Origin: Octopus sinensis
Taxonomy: Eukaryota
DNA: 64,000 nucleotides
Assembly: GCF_006345805.1 (NCBI RefSeq)
Contig: NC_043002.1
Span: 112,220,001 to 112,284,000, forward strand
Direction: 5' to 3'
Shown: piece after piece, positions 52,391-64,000 of the stretch
Layout of the letters: every line of letters starts with the position of its first letter
Numbering within the stretch: position 1 is the stretch's first letter
Position numbers and translations under genes: made by a program
The notes under the pieces: model-generated
Database searches by the model: none
What the model saw: only the letters and a program-made list of their open reading frames with translations
What the model was told of the DNA's origin: nothing

Positions 52391-53344
52391 TTCTTAAACG
52401 CATGACGATGGTAGGATCCCTATTTTGTTACAAATAAAACTCTCCTTCATCTCAAACATCTTTCGAATGTAATGTATAGTAAGACGATGTTCTACCTCAA
52501 GTTCAAACAATTGGCATTAGTCACAGTGTTGCTCTCTCTCCCTCCCTCCCCTCTCTCTCTCTCTCTCTCTCTTCTGTAATATGTAGATAATCAGTTTCTC
52601 AGAAGCTGCAACTCAGAGGTTTCTTAGCGATGTTAATTGAATTAAATTCCTGATGTACCTCTCGTTTGTTACAACAATGGTCTTCTTTGCTCATGTCTCT
52701 GCTACAGATATAGAAGAGAATCGGAACTCGGCATGAATATCTAACGAAACATTTGTAGAATTATACAGTATCTCGTTGCTTACATTAGAGAGTAGTAGCA
52801 CTTTGGGAATACTCGTTGCATGTACAGCAGTGACAGTCTCGACTCGAGTAGCATGTATTTATCAAGATATTACCTTTGCCGGTTGTCAGAAGTTGCTCTA
52901 ATTGTTTATAAACTAATGATAAAATAGCCTCACTTCCTCAATTCATTTTTTATGTTTCATGGCTGCACTTTCTTTTAAGTTCATTTAGAACTTGTGTCAC
53001 AAAAACTATTCGATCGTAATTATCCTAAGTGTTGGACCTAGTTTAAAAAGTCATTGTCTTATCTTTAACTTCTAAATTTAACTTCTAAACCATACGAACT
53101 TTCTTCAGTCTGTTATCGACTATAAGACAGTACTTTGACAATTTTGGTCATGTAGACTTCTTTTGTTACCATTTTATTCTGTCGTAATATTTTCATCTTT
53201 TTCCTCTTTCTGAGGTATTTTGTTTGTTTGTTGCCGTCTCTTTGAATACGTTTCCGTTTTAACACTTTTGAACCTACCTTGTCATACAAAACTATTTATT
53301 TTAATTTCAATATGTTGTTTTACCATATGAATTAAAATATTCTT

Positions 53345-53748
53345 TGGTGTAGGAGTGGCTGTGTGGTAAGTAGCTTGTTTACCAACCACATGGTTCCGGG
53401 TTCAGTCCCGCTGCGTGGCACCTTGGGCAAGTGTCTTCTACTATAGCCTCGGGCCGACCAAAGCCTTGTGAGTGGATTTGGTAGACGGAAACTGAAAGAA
53501 GCCCGTCGTATATATGTATATATATGTATGTGTGTTTGTGTGAGTGTGTTTGTCCCCCCTAGCATTGCTTGACAACCGATGCTGGTGTGTTTATGTCCCC
53601 GTTACTTAGCGGTTCGTCGAAAGAGACCGATAGAATAAGTACTGGGCTTACAAAAAGAATAAGTCCCGGGGTCGAGTTGCTCGATTAAAGGCGGTGCTCC
53701 AGCATGGCCGCAGTCAAATGACTGAAACAAGTAAAAGAGTAAAGAGTA
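53345..53748 (+). mobile_element. SINE family A, full length
   Basis: Colinear with other copies. Confidence 0.95.
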
Positions 53749-54946
53749 TAAACCTTTTGTTTTATCAGAGCCAACATTTCTGCATGCAACAACACAGAAT
53801 GACGTAGAAGTCTAGACTTGTTGAAAACAATAAGATTTTAGAGAATAGCTGTATTTCTGCATTTACGAGCGAAGTGCAAACAGCTGCAACCGATTCCAAG
53901 TTGACTCAGGACACGTTTAGGTTCTAATTCAATAATCAAAACAATAACGGTTTCATTGGGATTTGCTTCTGTATAACATCAATTCAAAAGAGACCAAGAA
54001 GTGTTAGCATACAGCTTTGTTAGGTTTTTTTTTTTAAATCAGTCAACACTTCTTTACCTGATCATTGATTGTTTCATACTGACATTGTAAAAAAGTGTAC
54101 TGTTTCTCACACACACGAGCATAAAATACTCTACTCACGCATAAACATATACACACATACACGCACTATTCTTCATCACCTGGCTAAATATCTAATTAAT
54201 GTTGAATTAAAGCACAGTGAAGAGAATTAACCTGAATATATCATTGGTACTTACTTGACACCAGTGTTGCCATTTAATGTGTGATTTTACACACGTTGTT
54301 TATTGTTTTTCAGTATTTGCTCTTTCTGCCAATGTTTAATTTCTCTGTCGTTTTACTAAAATGTATGAAAGACACATAAATGAAACGAAAGGGATTTACC
54401 TTTACAAACTCGATTTACTGGAACCTTGCCACCACGCTATTTTCACAGCTATATGCATATACTTAGCTTTCAAGGGGGCAAGTTATTGTAGTTGGACAGG
54501 ATACATCGTGGTATTCGTTCTCGATGTCTGAGTTCTAAGTTCAAACCCTGCCGAGGTTAACTTCGCCTATCATTCTTTTGAGGTGGATAAGTACTAGGCT
54601 TGTGCTGGGCTAGATTCTTCTCTCTCTTTCTTTCTTTCTTTCCCCCTCTCTCTTTCTCTCTCTCTGTTTGTCTCTCTTTCTCTCTGTTTGTCTCCCTCCT
54701 CGTTTCTTTCGTAGAAAAATCTGCAATAGTCAGATATGGACTGGGATAAATTCCTACATGTTTGAAATGTTCATATCACGCCTTATATTACGACTCCATC
54801 AGAAATTGTGGACCGAAGGAAGGATGAAGAAAGTAAGGAAATTCCTATTTGCCTCAGTGGCATTGTCTTTCTAATAGTCTGTTATATCTATGGAAATATA
54901 ACTGAGTATTAAAATACTTAAAGTATATAATGTATATTCAGGCTGA

Positions 54947-55335
54947 GTGGAGGCGCAATGACCCAGTGGTTAGGGCAGCGGACTCGCGGTCATAGGATTG
55001 CGGTTTCGAATCCCAGACCGGGCGTTGTGAGTGTTTATTGAGCGAAAACACCTAAAAAGTTCCACGAGGCTCCGGCAGGGGATGGTGGTGATCCCTGCTG
55101 TACTCTTTCACCACAACTTTCTCTCACTCTTACTTCCTGTTTCTGTTGTACCTGTATTTCAAGGGGCCGGCCTTGTTACTCTCTGTGTCACGCTGAATAT
55201 CCCCGAGAACTACGTTAAGGGTACACGTGTCTGTGGAGTACTCAGCCACTAACACGTTAATTTCACGAGCAGGCTATTCCATTGATTCGGATCAACCGGA
55301 ACCCTCATCGTCGTAACCGACGGAGTGCTTCCTTT
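54947..55335 (+). mobile_element. SINE family B, full length
   Basis: 14-bp TSD TATATTCAGGCTGA at 54933-54946 and 55336-55349. Confidence 0.95.
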
Positions 55336-55799
55336 TATATTCAGGCTGAACAATTTTAGTTGATAGCTATATCACATTTCATCAACCATAATAGGAGAAA
55401 CTCTAAACGTGTTCCGCTTTGTTGAGATCTTACGGGCAAATGTCACATTTCTGTAACGTGCCAAAAAGTTGCCCGGCTATTAGCTAAATAAACATATTAA
55501 ATCAAGCAGAGTGAAGGGTAATATTGACAAAATAAATAATTACGAGACGTTATTATCTGCAAGGTAATTTTCAACATGCTAATTAAACAGTTGTAACATG
55601 GTACATATATCAGTACAACAATACATCTTATAATAATATGCTATAATAATAAAGCGTAATAATACATCTTATAATAATATGCTAGACAGAAGTATTATAT
55701 AAGTGTATACACATCCTGCAGCATAACTGTACTGGATATGAACTCAATTAATGCGTGCACTGTTGAATCCATATCTATCAAAAAGCATTTCATTGTATC

Positions 55800-56350
55800 T
55801 CTCAGTAGGATGTAGGACACTTGTTCTTATAATATCCGAGTCCAAACAAACTATGGAGATTAGGTATTGATTTTTCTTTTGCGAGGTGGAGGGAGATGAC
55901 TATCATAAACTGGCGGCCCATCCAGTGGCGAAATCTACCTCTCTCGCTTAATGTTACGAAGCCTAATCTCGATGTTGCATTCTTCTCCAAATCTGGATTT
56001 TTGGGATACATGAAAAGATTAAATTTTAAAATGTATTCTCTTGCAGTTTGATTTCATACACATTTCCCCCCTCCTCACGTCAAACAATTCTCTATTCTGC
56101 TGTTTAAGAAGATTGTCTTGGTCTCTCCAGTTAACACAATCAATGGAAATCACACGATCGTATGCCAACTCTTCTATCTTACCTGAATGGGTTTTCAAAT
56201 TTTGATAATACCAATGATCATCAGTTCTCCTGAGCTGCTTCAATCATCGACTAATGTTCTTTAAACCGTATCGCTCGCTCACAAACGCCATCAGCAATTC
56301 AAGTTGTCTACAAATGAAATAAATTTCCCTTCAATAGGGGAACACCACAA
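55800..56350 (-). mobile_element. Possible Gypsy/Ginger-type integrase relic
   Basis: DGVCERA, LAYDRV and RFRHWMGRQFMIV loosely match the integrase 'NG..ER', 'AYN' and 'W.GPF.I' motifs. Confidence 0.3.
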
Positions 56351-56584
56351 TGCCGTCGAATGTTCATTAGCAACATGTCAAATCATATAAAAGGGACAAC
56401 ACTGCTTCTTCGAAAGAATGATATGGGACGGACTGCACAATAAATTCTATGATAAAGCTATAAATCTTTAAGTTGTTACGGAAGCTGCCTCTTGCCATTC
56501 CTGTCATAAGAGTATAGGCAATACATCATATATCTATACTAGATTTGTATACACATACATCCTTTTATAGTTACCTATCTATCT

Positions 56585-56725
56585 GCACACACACACACAC
56601 ACACACATATGTATGTATATATATATATATATATATATATGCATTTGTATGTAAGTACGCATAAATGTATGGATAAATGTGTGTGTATATATGCATGTAT
56701 GTATGAATGTATGTATAAATATATG

Positions 56726-56757
<32 letters not shown>

Positions 56758-56775
56758 ATATATATATATATATAT

Positions 56776-56830
<55 letters not shown>

Positions 56831-56858
56831 GCATGTATGTATAAATATATGTATATGC

Positions 56859-56906
<48 letters not shown>

Positions 56907-56930
56907 GTATATATATTTGTATGTGCATAT
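56585..56930. repeat. (CA)/(TA)/(TATG) compound microsatellite
   Basis: Directly visible. Confidence 0.93.
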
Positions 56931-57539
56931 GAACAGACTGGTACACATACAAATGAATAGAAAAATACATCGATAGCTATATGTGTTATATAAAGATATT
57001 TTCACAAATTAACATATATATTCGTGATCTGTGTGAGTGCATTTGTGTAAGCGTGGAAGTGCATACGTATTTATGTGTGTAAAATGTATGTGAATATACG
57101 TCCAACGATACATTTAATGTAATTTATGTATTTCCATAATTGGCGTTCATTTGTACGTATGTATGCATACGTAGTATGCTGCTATAATATCTAATTACTT
57201 CCTACCAAATAAGGTTGGTTGGTTGGCTTATGAACTAGTGTGCTAGCTTCGTATTTAGTCCAGCAGCGATAACAGAATACAAACTGTTAACCTGCCGACT
57301 TTGTGTAAATTTGCGGCATTCAGTGAAGCAGTGACTCACTCACTCGCGCATAATCTCGCACCCTCTCAATCATTCATTTATATACACGTGTATCAACTTA
57401 TATCAAATAGATTTCTTGCAATGATATTGTGTATTCTGATTCAAGCTGGAAAACTAATGTATGTTACTTTGAAAAATATATATATCTAAAACACACACTA
57501 ATGTTGCGAATCAGCAAATAAGCAGGGGAAATCATGAGA

Positions 57540-57730
57540 TAATTGAATATTCCAACATATTTGATGTAATTAGCCATAAGCATCTTTTATCGGAATGAGT
57601 GACAGTTAAAACTACAATTGACATGATGGCTGTCTGTATGCTAGTCTGCACACAATTTATATCTAAACTTGGAAAAGAAACAGTAACTGGTATGGAACCA
57701 GTGCTATTAACCTTACAATGAACCATAGCA
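57540..57730 (+). mobile_element. Possible CR1-like RT relic
   Basis: IEYSNIFDVISHKHLLS resembles LDFSKAFD.V.H..LL. Confidence 0.3.
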
Positions 57731-59334
57731 CCCTCCAATATTACAGCCAGCATGTTATTCTAATGCATACATATACCTGTCTATCAGCCATTCCTGGTTT
57801 GTTAATAAGTCAGAAGTGTATAACATGGGTTGCATTGTGGTTCTGTGTGAGTGTGAGTGAATTATTCTGAGGTGTATGTTGGTCACAAAGTAAGAAAAAA
57901 AAAGAGCATAATTCTTTTATTATAAAGAATTGAGATATAAATTATAGTTTTTGGACAAAAATTATAAATGATGCATAGAAGTTACACCAATAAATATTCC
58001 AGGCAATAAATATTCCAATAACCATAGAAATGATGAGAGTGAATTGTAAAATGGTATGAAGAGCAAAAAAGAAGATATTATATTCAAGAAGTCATCGTTA
58101 AAGGAATTTTATTCTTATAAAAGATCAGTATATTATAAAACTGTTGCGGTATTGTTGTTAGTTTACTTTCGACATGAAGTACACTTGGCTGGACGAGATT
58201 ATTCACGTAAGAGCGTTGAGAAAACCTCCACTGAAAATAATGAGACTGATGAGCAACATTCCCTATAGACATTATTGAGATAGAATAACTACAAGAAACA
58301 CCTATCTAGCAGGTAGAAGGAGTGACCTTCCTACCAACTAAAAGTTGTGTATAGATTTTTATACCACAATTCGGAAAAGCAGAGCAGCTTCTGTTAGGTA
58401 AATATCAACGGAAAGGTCTCATGTCCTGATAGCAGCACATATGTAATTATCTAACCCTCCTTAGATATTTCAATTAACATACGCCCTGTTTTCGTACGAA
58501 TTAAGTCGTGTTCTATGTAAAACTGGCATGTACGCACCCATGAGTGTGTGTGTGTGTGGTTAGAGCTCTGATAAACAGAGACCTGCTACTGGTAACCATG
58601 CTGGAGCCGTTTTGGGTTAAGCGGTACCTCACTGATCTTGCTTGATGAGAACAGTGATATTAGGGCATCTTGTGGAATGAAAAAGAAAATCTGTAATAAA
58701 GGCGGATGAACTCAAGGAATCGGCAACCATCTAGTAGTATAAACGTTTATAGATCTATGTGTGCATTCGCAAGTTTTCAATTTCACTGCAAACCAGCACC
58801 GCTTCAACTTTCTGGCTATCTTTACTGTTTTCAGTATAACGGTGTTTATCACATAAAAATTTATCGCTATAAAAATTGATGTACAAGTGCTATTGCGGTC
58901 GTTTCATCTTCCCAAGCTCATATCAAGACTCGGACTATTTGGACCTTTCTTTGAAGCGGTAGGAGGTAAAATAAGATCAAATAACAACATAAGAACACTA
59001 TAGTAAGGAAACAAGAACTGTTTCACTGTCATGAAGGGCAAAAACAACTGTTATCTGCTGCAGTATTTGGAATTCTCAATTCCGTTTTGAAGGATATCAT
59101 TAACGTCCCATCAGATACTATACGCTATAAATGATAATTTTTTTCCGAATAGACATGATGCCACACATTCCAAGTTGAGATATTTATCATTTTCCAAATA
59201 CATTATAAATGATAAAGACATTGTAGTCTAGTTCAAATGATAGTTTCGATAACCAGTGGTACTTATAAATGAAAATAAGAGTCTTTTTCACTATTGTTAT
59301 TGCTTTGGAGAGTGTGCTCACTAATCGAATGGAT

Positions 59335-59717
59335 CACTGGTTTTCAACCATTTCTTATCTGGACCCCTTTGATTATTATTTTACTCTGGTGGACACCCAT
59401 ATCCATTCGCTGTTTAAAAACTAGTTTCATAGATACTATTTTTCAGAATTTCTACTTTGTTTTTCACACGTTCACTTTTGTAAATTTGCAATAGCACTCT
59501 CTGAGAGAACAAGTTTCAGTGGCTACAGAAATGGTGAACTAAAATATTAGAAAAACAACCTAACTGTTTCTCGCAATAAATTCATCTAAATCAAAATTTT
59601 TCGACGGATACTTAAATTACTACTGTAGATACCCAATTTACTCTTTTGCTTGCTTGGACCCCTAAAAATCTTAAATGGACCTCCAGGAGTCATACGGAAC
59701 ACGGTTGGGAACCACTG
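59335..59717. mobile_element. hAT-type MITE
   Basis: TIRs CACTGGTTTTCAACC / GGTTGGGAACCACTG; degenerate 8-bp TSD GAATGGAT/GAATAAAT. Confidence 0.7.
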
Positions 59718-59991
59718 GAATAAATCTAGGGTTAAAGATGTTCTGTGAACATCTTTTCGAATATATTTATTTTTATTGTGAAGATGATATGCTTGGATGA
59801 TGCGAAAGCGATTCGGTTCCTGTTTCTAGCATGTCAATCGAATCTCATAGAGGTTCCCTAGGAGAGGGATTTGTATAAGCTATAAAATTTCATCCTATAT
59901 ACTGTTGTTAATTGTTGGTAATTTCCAGCATCTACACACTTCTTTTTCATAAGAGACGCAAATGAAAATATAAATCTGGTTAGAATAAATT

Positions 59992-60083
<92 letters not shown>

Positions 60084-60644
60084 GTACGTATTGTGTGTGT
60101 GGTTTATTGCTTGGCTCTATATTGGATCCAATCGAACAAATCTATGATCAAAAGGAGTCCAGACGTACATGCTTTATATTTTACCTTCGAACCACATCCA
60201 CCGTTGCCTATTCCACCTTTAGTGTAACAGTAGAGTGTGTTTAGGGGGAAGATGTGGTTGTTATTTTTAGCTTATCGAGTGAGCACATTGGTTTGTCGAT
60301 GTAATTCGTTGGAATAAGAAACTGTCATCAACTGAAATCATCCAAGTAATTAGTAACCAAAAACTGATGAAAGCAAATGGACATTACTGAGCAAAGCATA
60401 ACCTGATCCATTGGTAAGACTAAGAATGATCAATATACACAAATATATGGAAGATATAGGGACGTTATTTTGACAATATTGTTGAGCTAAAAGGCCTCCG
60501 GTGAGCGTTCTGTACACTAAATACAAATCCGGTAGCGTCTCATATTTCGCCCATTTAATCTTATTTGATCTTCAGAATAGGAGTGGTTGATAAAAAAAAA
60601 CCCCACCAAACTCGGTTTTCGTGCCTGTCCTCATTCATTGTCAT

Positions 60645-60870
60645 AAACGTTGAGTCATGGACCAAAAGAGTTTGATCGCGAACACAAGTAGCAGAAATGG
60701 GTTCCTCCGAATGATCTCAGGGTTCCCGCTACTCGACAGGGTGTATAACTCTGTGATCAGTGACGCTGTCCACATCGAGCCTACGCATTGATTTGTAACA
60801 GCTCTGGTACTGCGGACATGTACAACTGGCAGGATACCTAGGGGGAGAATATGAACGAGATAGGTGGACA
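60645..60870 (+). mobile_element. RTE-clade LINE fragment
   Basis: VESWT, AEMG(F)LRMISG and LDRVYNSVISDAVHIEP match the RTE C-terminal region. Confidence 0.65.
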
Positions 60871-61439
60871 ATATCCATAGCCTCAGTTCCATCTGAACAG
60901 TGTAATGACTGTTGTTTCTGATAGTCGCTTATGAAAGAGGTACCTGAGGACTCTACGATAATCCTAGGAATAGTAGGAGGAGTAGATGGATAGATGGATC
61001 TTATCGGTATTATCTCTTATGCTTGCTGATTTGCAATATTAAACATCTAGCGTTATTCGCCTTTCACATTGTATTGGATTACTGCCTGCAGAATGATTTT
61101 GAGGCTTGGGTGAGGTCAGTATGGAGTTCATACATCTGCAGCAAGGTAGGGACAGAAATTGGGACTGAGATGGGCGGTTTATTTTTAAATCAGGTGTGGG
61201 CATGTGCGTGTGTATGTATGTCTTTGTTCGTAAAAGGTTACATATATTGGATGAGGCAGACTTTCTGCTGGAGGCCCAGGTTGTGAAGGTGGGAAGTACT
61301 TATGGGGAAAGCTCTAAAGTGGAGAATATTGGAGAGATATAAACCTTGCTTCAATAGCAGTGGGAAGTGTTTGTTATGACTGTCAGGGAAAGGAATAATA
61401 TCAAAGAACTTTCTTTATGCAGATATCTACATAAACTAT

Positions 61440-61925
61440 AATAATATTATAATAATAATAATGAAATTATTGTATACAGTGCTCAGGTGCACCACAACTT
61501 GTCAGAAAGTACATATAAAGTACATGCAGTAATGTAAAAATGTTTGGAAAGCGAACAATGTATGAGTCAGATACATGCTTGTGTGTGTATGGAGAAAATC
61601 AGGTGTAGTGTTGGCGAATCTCAGAAAGCATGGAAGTTTTGAAGGATGCAGTGCTCCTACAACTAACAACTGATGCCGGCAGTTTGTTCCATGCTTCAGC
61701 AACTCTCAGCGTGAAAAAATGTTTCCTGAAGTCATGGGAGCTGTGCTGTTTTCTGACTTTGTAAATATGCCCACGGGTGTTAGACAGGTGGAGTTTGAAA
61801 AGGTGCTCAGAGTTATTGTTTGTAAGATGGTTAATAATGTTATGGGTGTCTGCCAAGTCAGCTGCTAGACGTCGGAGCTTCAATGTGTCCATGCCCAAGC
61901 AAAATTTTCCGATTCTGCCCACACG
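61440..61925 (-). mobile_element. CR1 LINE 3' end
   Basis: LRRLAADL, TRGH, RKHFFTLRV..AWNKLP..VV...S...FK; (ATT)n tail. Confidence 0.9.
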
Positions 61926-62190
61926 AAAGAAAATATATACTCACACCGATGGATTGGAACCTTAGAGATTCCACTGTCATGACTTCTCATCTTCACAGTC
62001 TGAGATACCACACACAACATATCACATACAAACGCTCGCATACATCTCACACGTGCATTCTCAAGCATGATTAAAAGATTGGTTACCTGCCTCGTCACCT
62101 CTTTTTTGAACCCCACCACCTCCTATACATACATCAACTCTAAACCGCTCGCATTCAAGTCCCAAACCCAGTCTGCAGGTAGTTACCCTT

Positions 62191-62447
62191 GAGGAGGAGG
62201 AAGCACACCATCGGTTACGACAACGAGGGTTCCGGTTGATCCGATCAACGGAACAGCCTGCTCGTGAAATTAACGTGTAAGTGGCTGAGCACTCCACAGA
62301 CACGTGAACCCTTAACGTAGTTCTCAGGGATATTCAGCGTGACACAGAGAGTGACAAGGCCGGCCCTTTGAAATACAGGTACAACAGAAACAGGAAGTAA
62401 GAGTGAGAGAAAGTTGTGGTGAAAGAGTACAGCAGGGATCACCACCA
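62191..62447 (-). mobile_element. SINE family B, 5'-truncated
   Basis: 10-bp TSD AGTTACCCTT at 62181-62190 and 62448-62457. Confidence 0.93.
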
Positions 62448-62729
62448 AGTTACCCTTAACTATGTAGATAATCTGATCTTAATGCAAGGGACATAACTCA
62501 AAAGGAGTTCCTCACTGAAGTTCTACGAGTTTTTTCGTTTCGGTTTTCACTACTCTCGCGAACCAGATGAGGCACCTGCTAACCTTCAGCCGCAGAAAAC
62601 CGTCACCATACTTTTTCTGATATCGCTTCTCGTAATCGCCAGAATTCAGATTTTCTCTCTAACTCTCGTTTGCGAAACTGATCTGCATAATCGGATGAAA
62701 TGGGTCTCTAATAATGTATTGTAAAAACA

Positions 62730-63084
62730 TGCATACATACATACATACATACATACATACATACTATACATACATACATACATACATTCATACATGCATG
62801 CATACATACGTACATACATACATGCCTACATACATACATACATACATACATACATACATACATACATACATACATACAAACATACATACATACATACATA
62901 CATACATACATGCATACATACATGCATGCATACATACATACATACATACATACCTACATACCTACATACATACATACATACATACATACATACATACATA
63001 CATACATACATACATGCATACATACATACATACATACATACATACATACATACATACATACATACATACATACATACATACATA
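62730..63084. repeat. (TACA)n microsatellite
   Basis: Directly visible. Confidence 0.97.
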
Positions 63085-63590
63085 AATGCATGCAATGTGG
63101 AACAGGATAGAAAAAAAAAGAAAACACCCACTGACGAAGTTAACCATATTGAAACCGGTGGGTCAGAAGAATATTACTGGAGTTTAAATATTAAAGCAGC
63201 TACCAATTTAAAACGCAACCGGCCAGATATTGTTGTGTGAACCGCATAGAAAATATATGTTCTCTTGTAAAAATCAGCTACCCTCTGGACACCAATGTGG
63301 TTAAAAGAATACAAGAGGAAGAGAACATCCATGGACCATTGATAAGAAGTTTGCAGCTTCATATCTATCAATTATTATTATTATTATTATTGGAGCAACA
63401 GGATACATTCCAACACGCCTGAAGCAAAGTATGGCTAAACTTGGGATCTTGGGAAGAGAAAGCAAATCCTTAATTAATATGCCACAGATGTCACGATATC
63501 TGCAAGACCTTAAAGATTTCGAGGATGATGGTTAAAACAAGTTGCTTTCCTTCACAACCTTGCTACCAAGGAGGGGCCTGCCAAAATTTA
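63085..63590 (+). mobile_element. R4/Dong-like LINE RLE/3' fragment
   Basis: NLKRNRPDIVV, ISYPLDTNV, YGP-like HGPLIRSLQL and IIGATG motifs. Confidence 0.7.
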
Positions 63591-63616
63591 TTCTAAATTA
63601 TAAAAAGGAAAGGGAA

Positions 63617-63945
63617 CATACATACATACATACATACATACATACATACATACATACATACATACATACATACACACGTACATACATACATACATACATA
63701 CATACATACGTACATACATACATACATACATACATACATACATACATGCATACATACATACATACATACATACATACATACATACATACATACATACATA
63801 CATACATACATACACACGTACATACATACATACATACATACATACATACATACGTACATACATACATACATACATACATACATACATACATACATACATA
63901 CATACATACATACATACATACATACGTACGTACATATATGCACAA
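63617..63945. repeat. (TACA)n microsatellite
   Basis: Directly visible. Confidence 0.97.
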
Positions 63946-64000
63946 ACATACACACAAACGCATGCACACGCACAGACACACATACATGTACCTGTGTGTG

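Noticed and set aside
54715-54832. Candidate exon with AG/GT boundaries
   Set aside because: The pyrimidine tract is a CT microsatellite, and the peptide has no recognisable features.
61020-61400. Possible PLE RT remnant on the minus strand
   Set aside because: Motif similarity is too weak to support without a search.

Overview
AT-rich eukaryotic, repeat-dominated 64-kb window with one 100-N assembly gap. By inference from the SINE families and very dense microsatellites it is a coleoid cephalopod (octopus-like) intronic or intergenic region. No confidently recognisable host gene is present; most ORF-track entries are translations of microsatellites or antisense SINE frames. It contains several tRNA-headed SINE families (here A, B/B2, C, E), a pol III-box-less ~510-bp retroposon (D), and relics of CR1, RTE, R4/Dong and Penelope-like (PLE) retroelements. 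It also has Tc1, Tigger and hAT relics, MITEs, non-autonomous Helitrons and several foldback structures. The most notable object is at 39120-39764: a single TSD-flanked insertion made of a tRNA-like head, a (TAA)n spacer and a tail carrying a minimal type I hammerhead ribozyme, preceded by an inverted copy of its own body. This fits a candidate Penelope-mobilised, ribozyme-bearing SINE. A second notable region is a stack of four retroposon insertions in a (TAA)n array at 43.2-45.9 kb. Family letters are my own labels; no database search was run.
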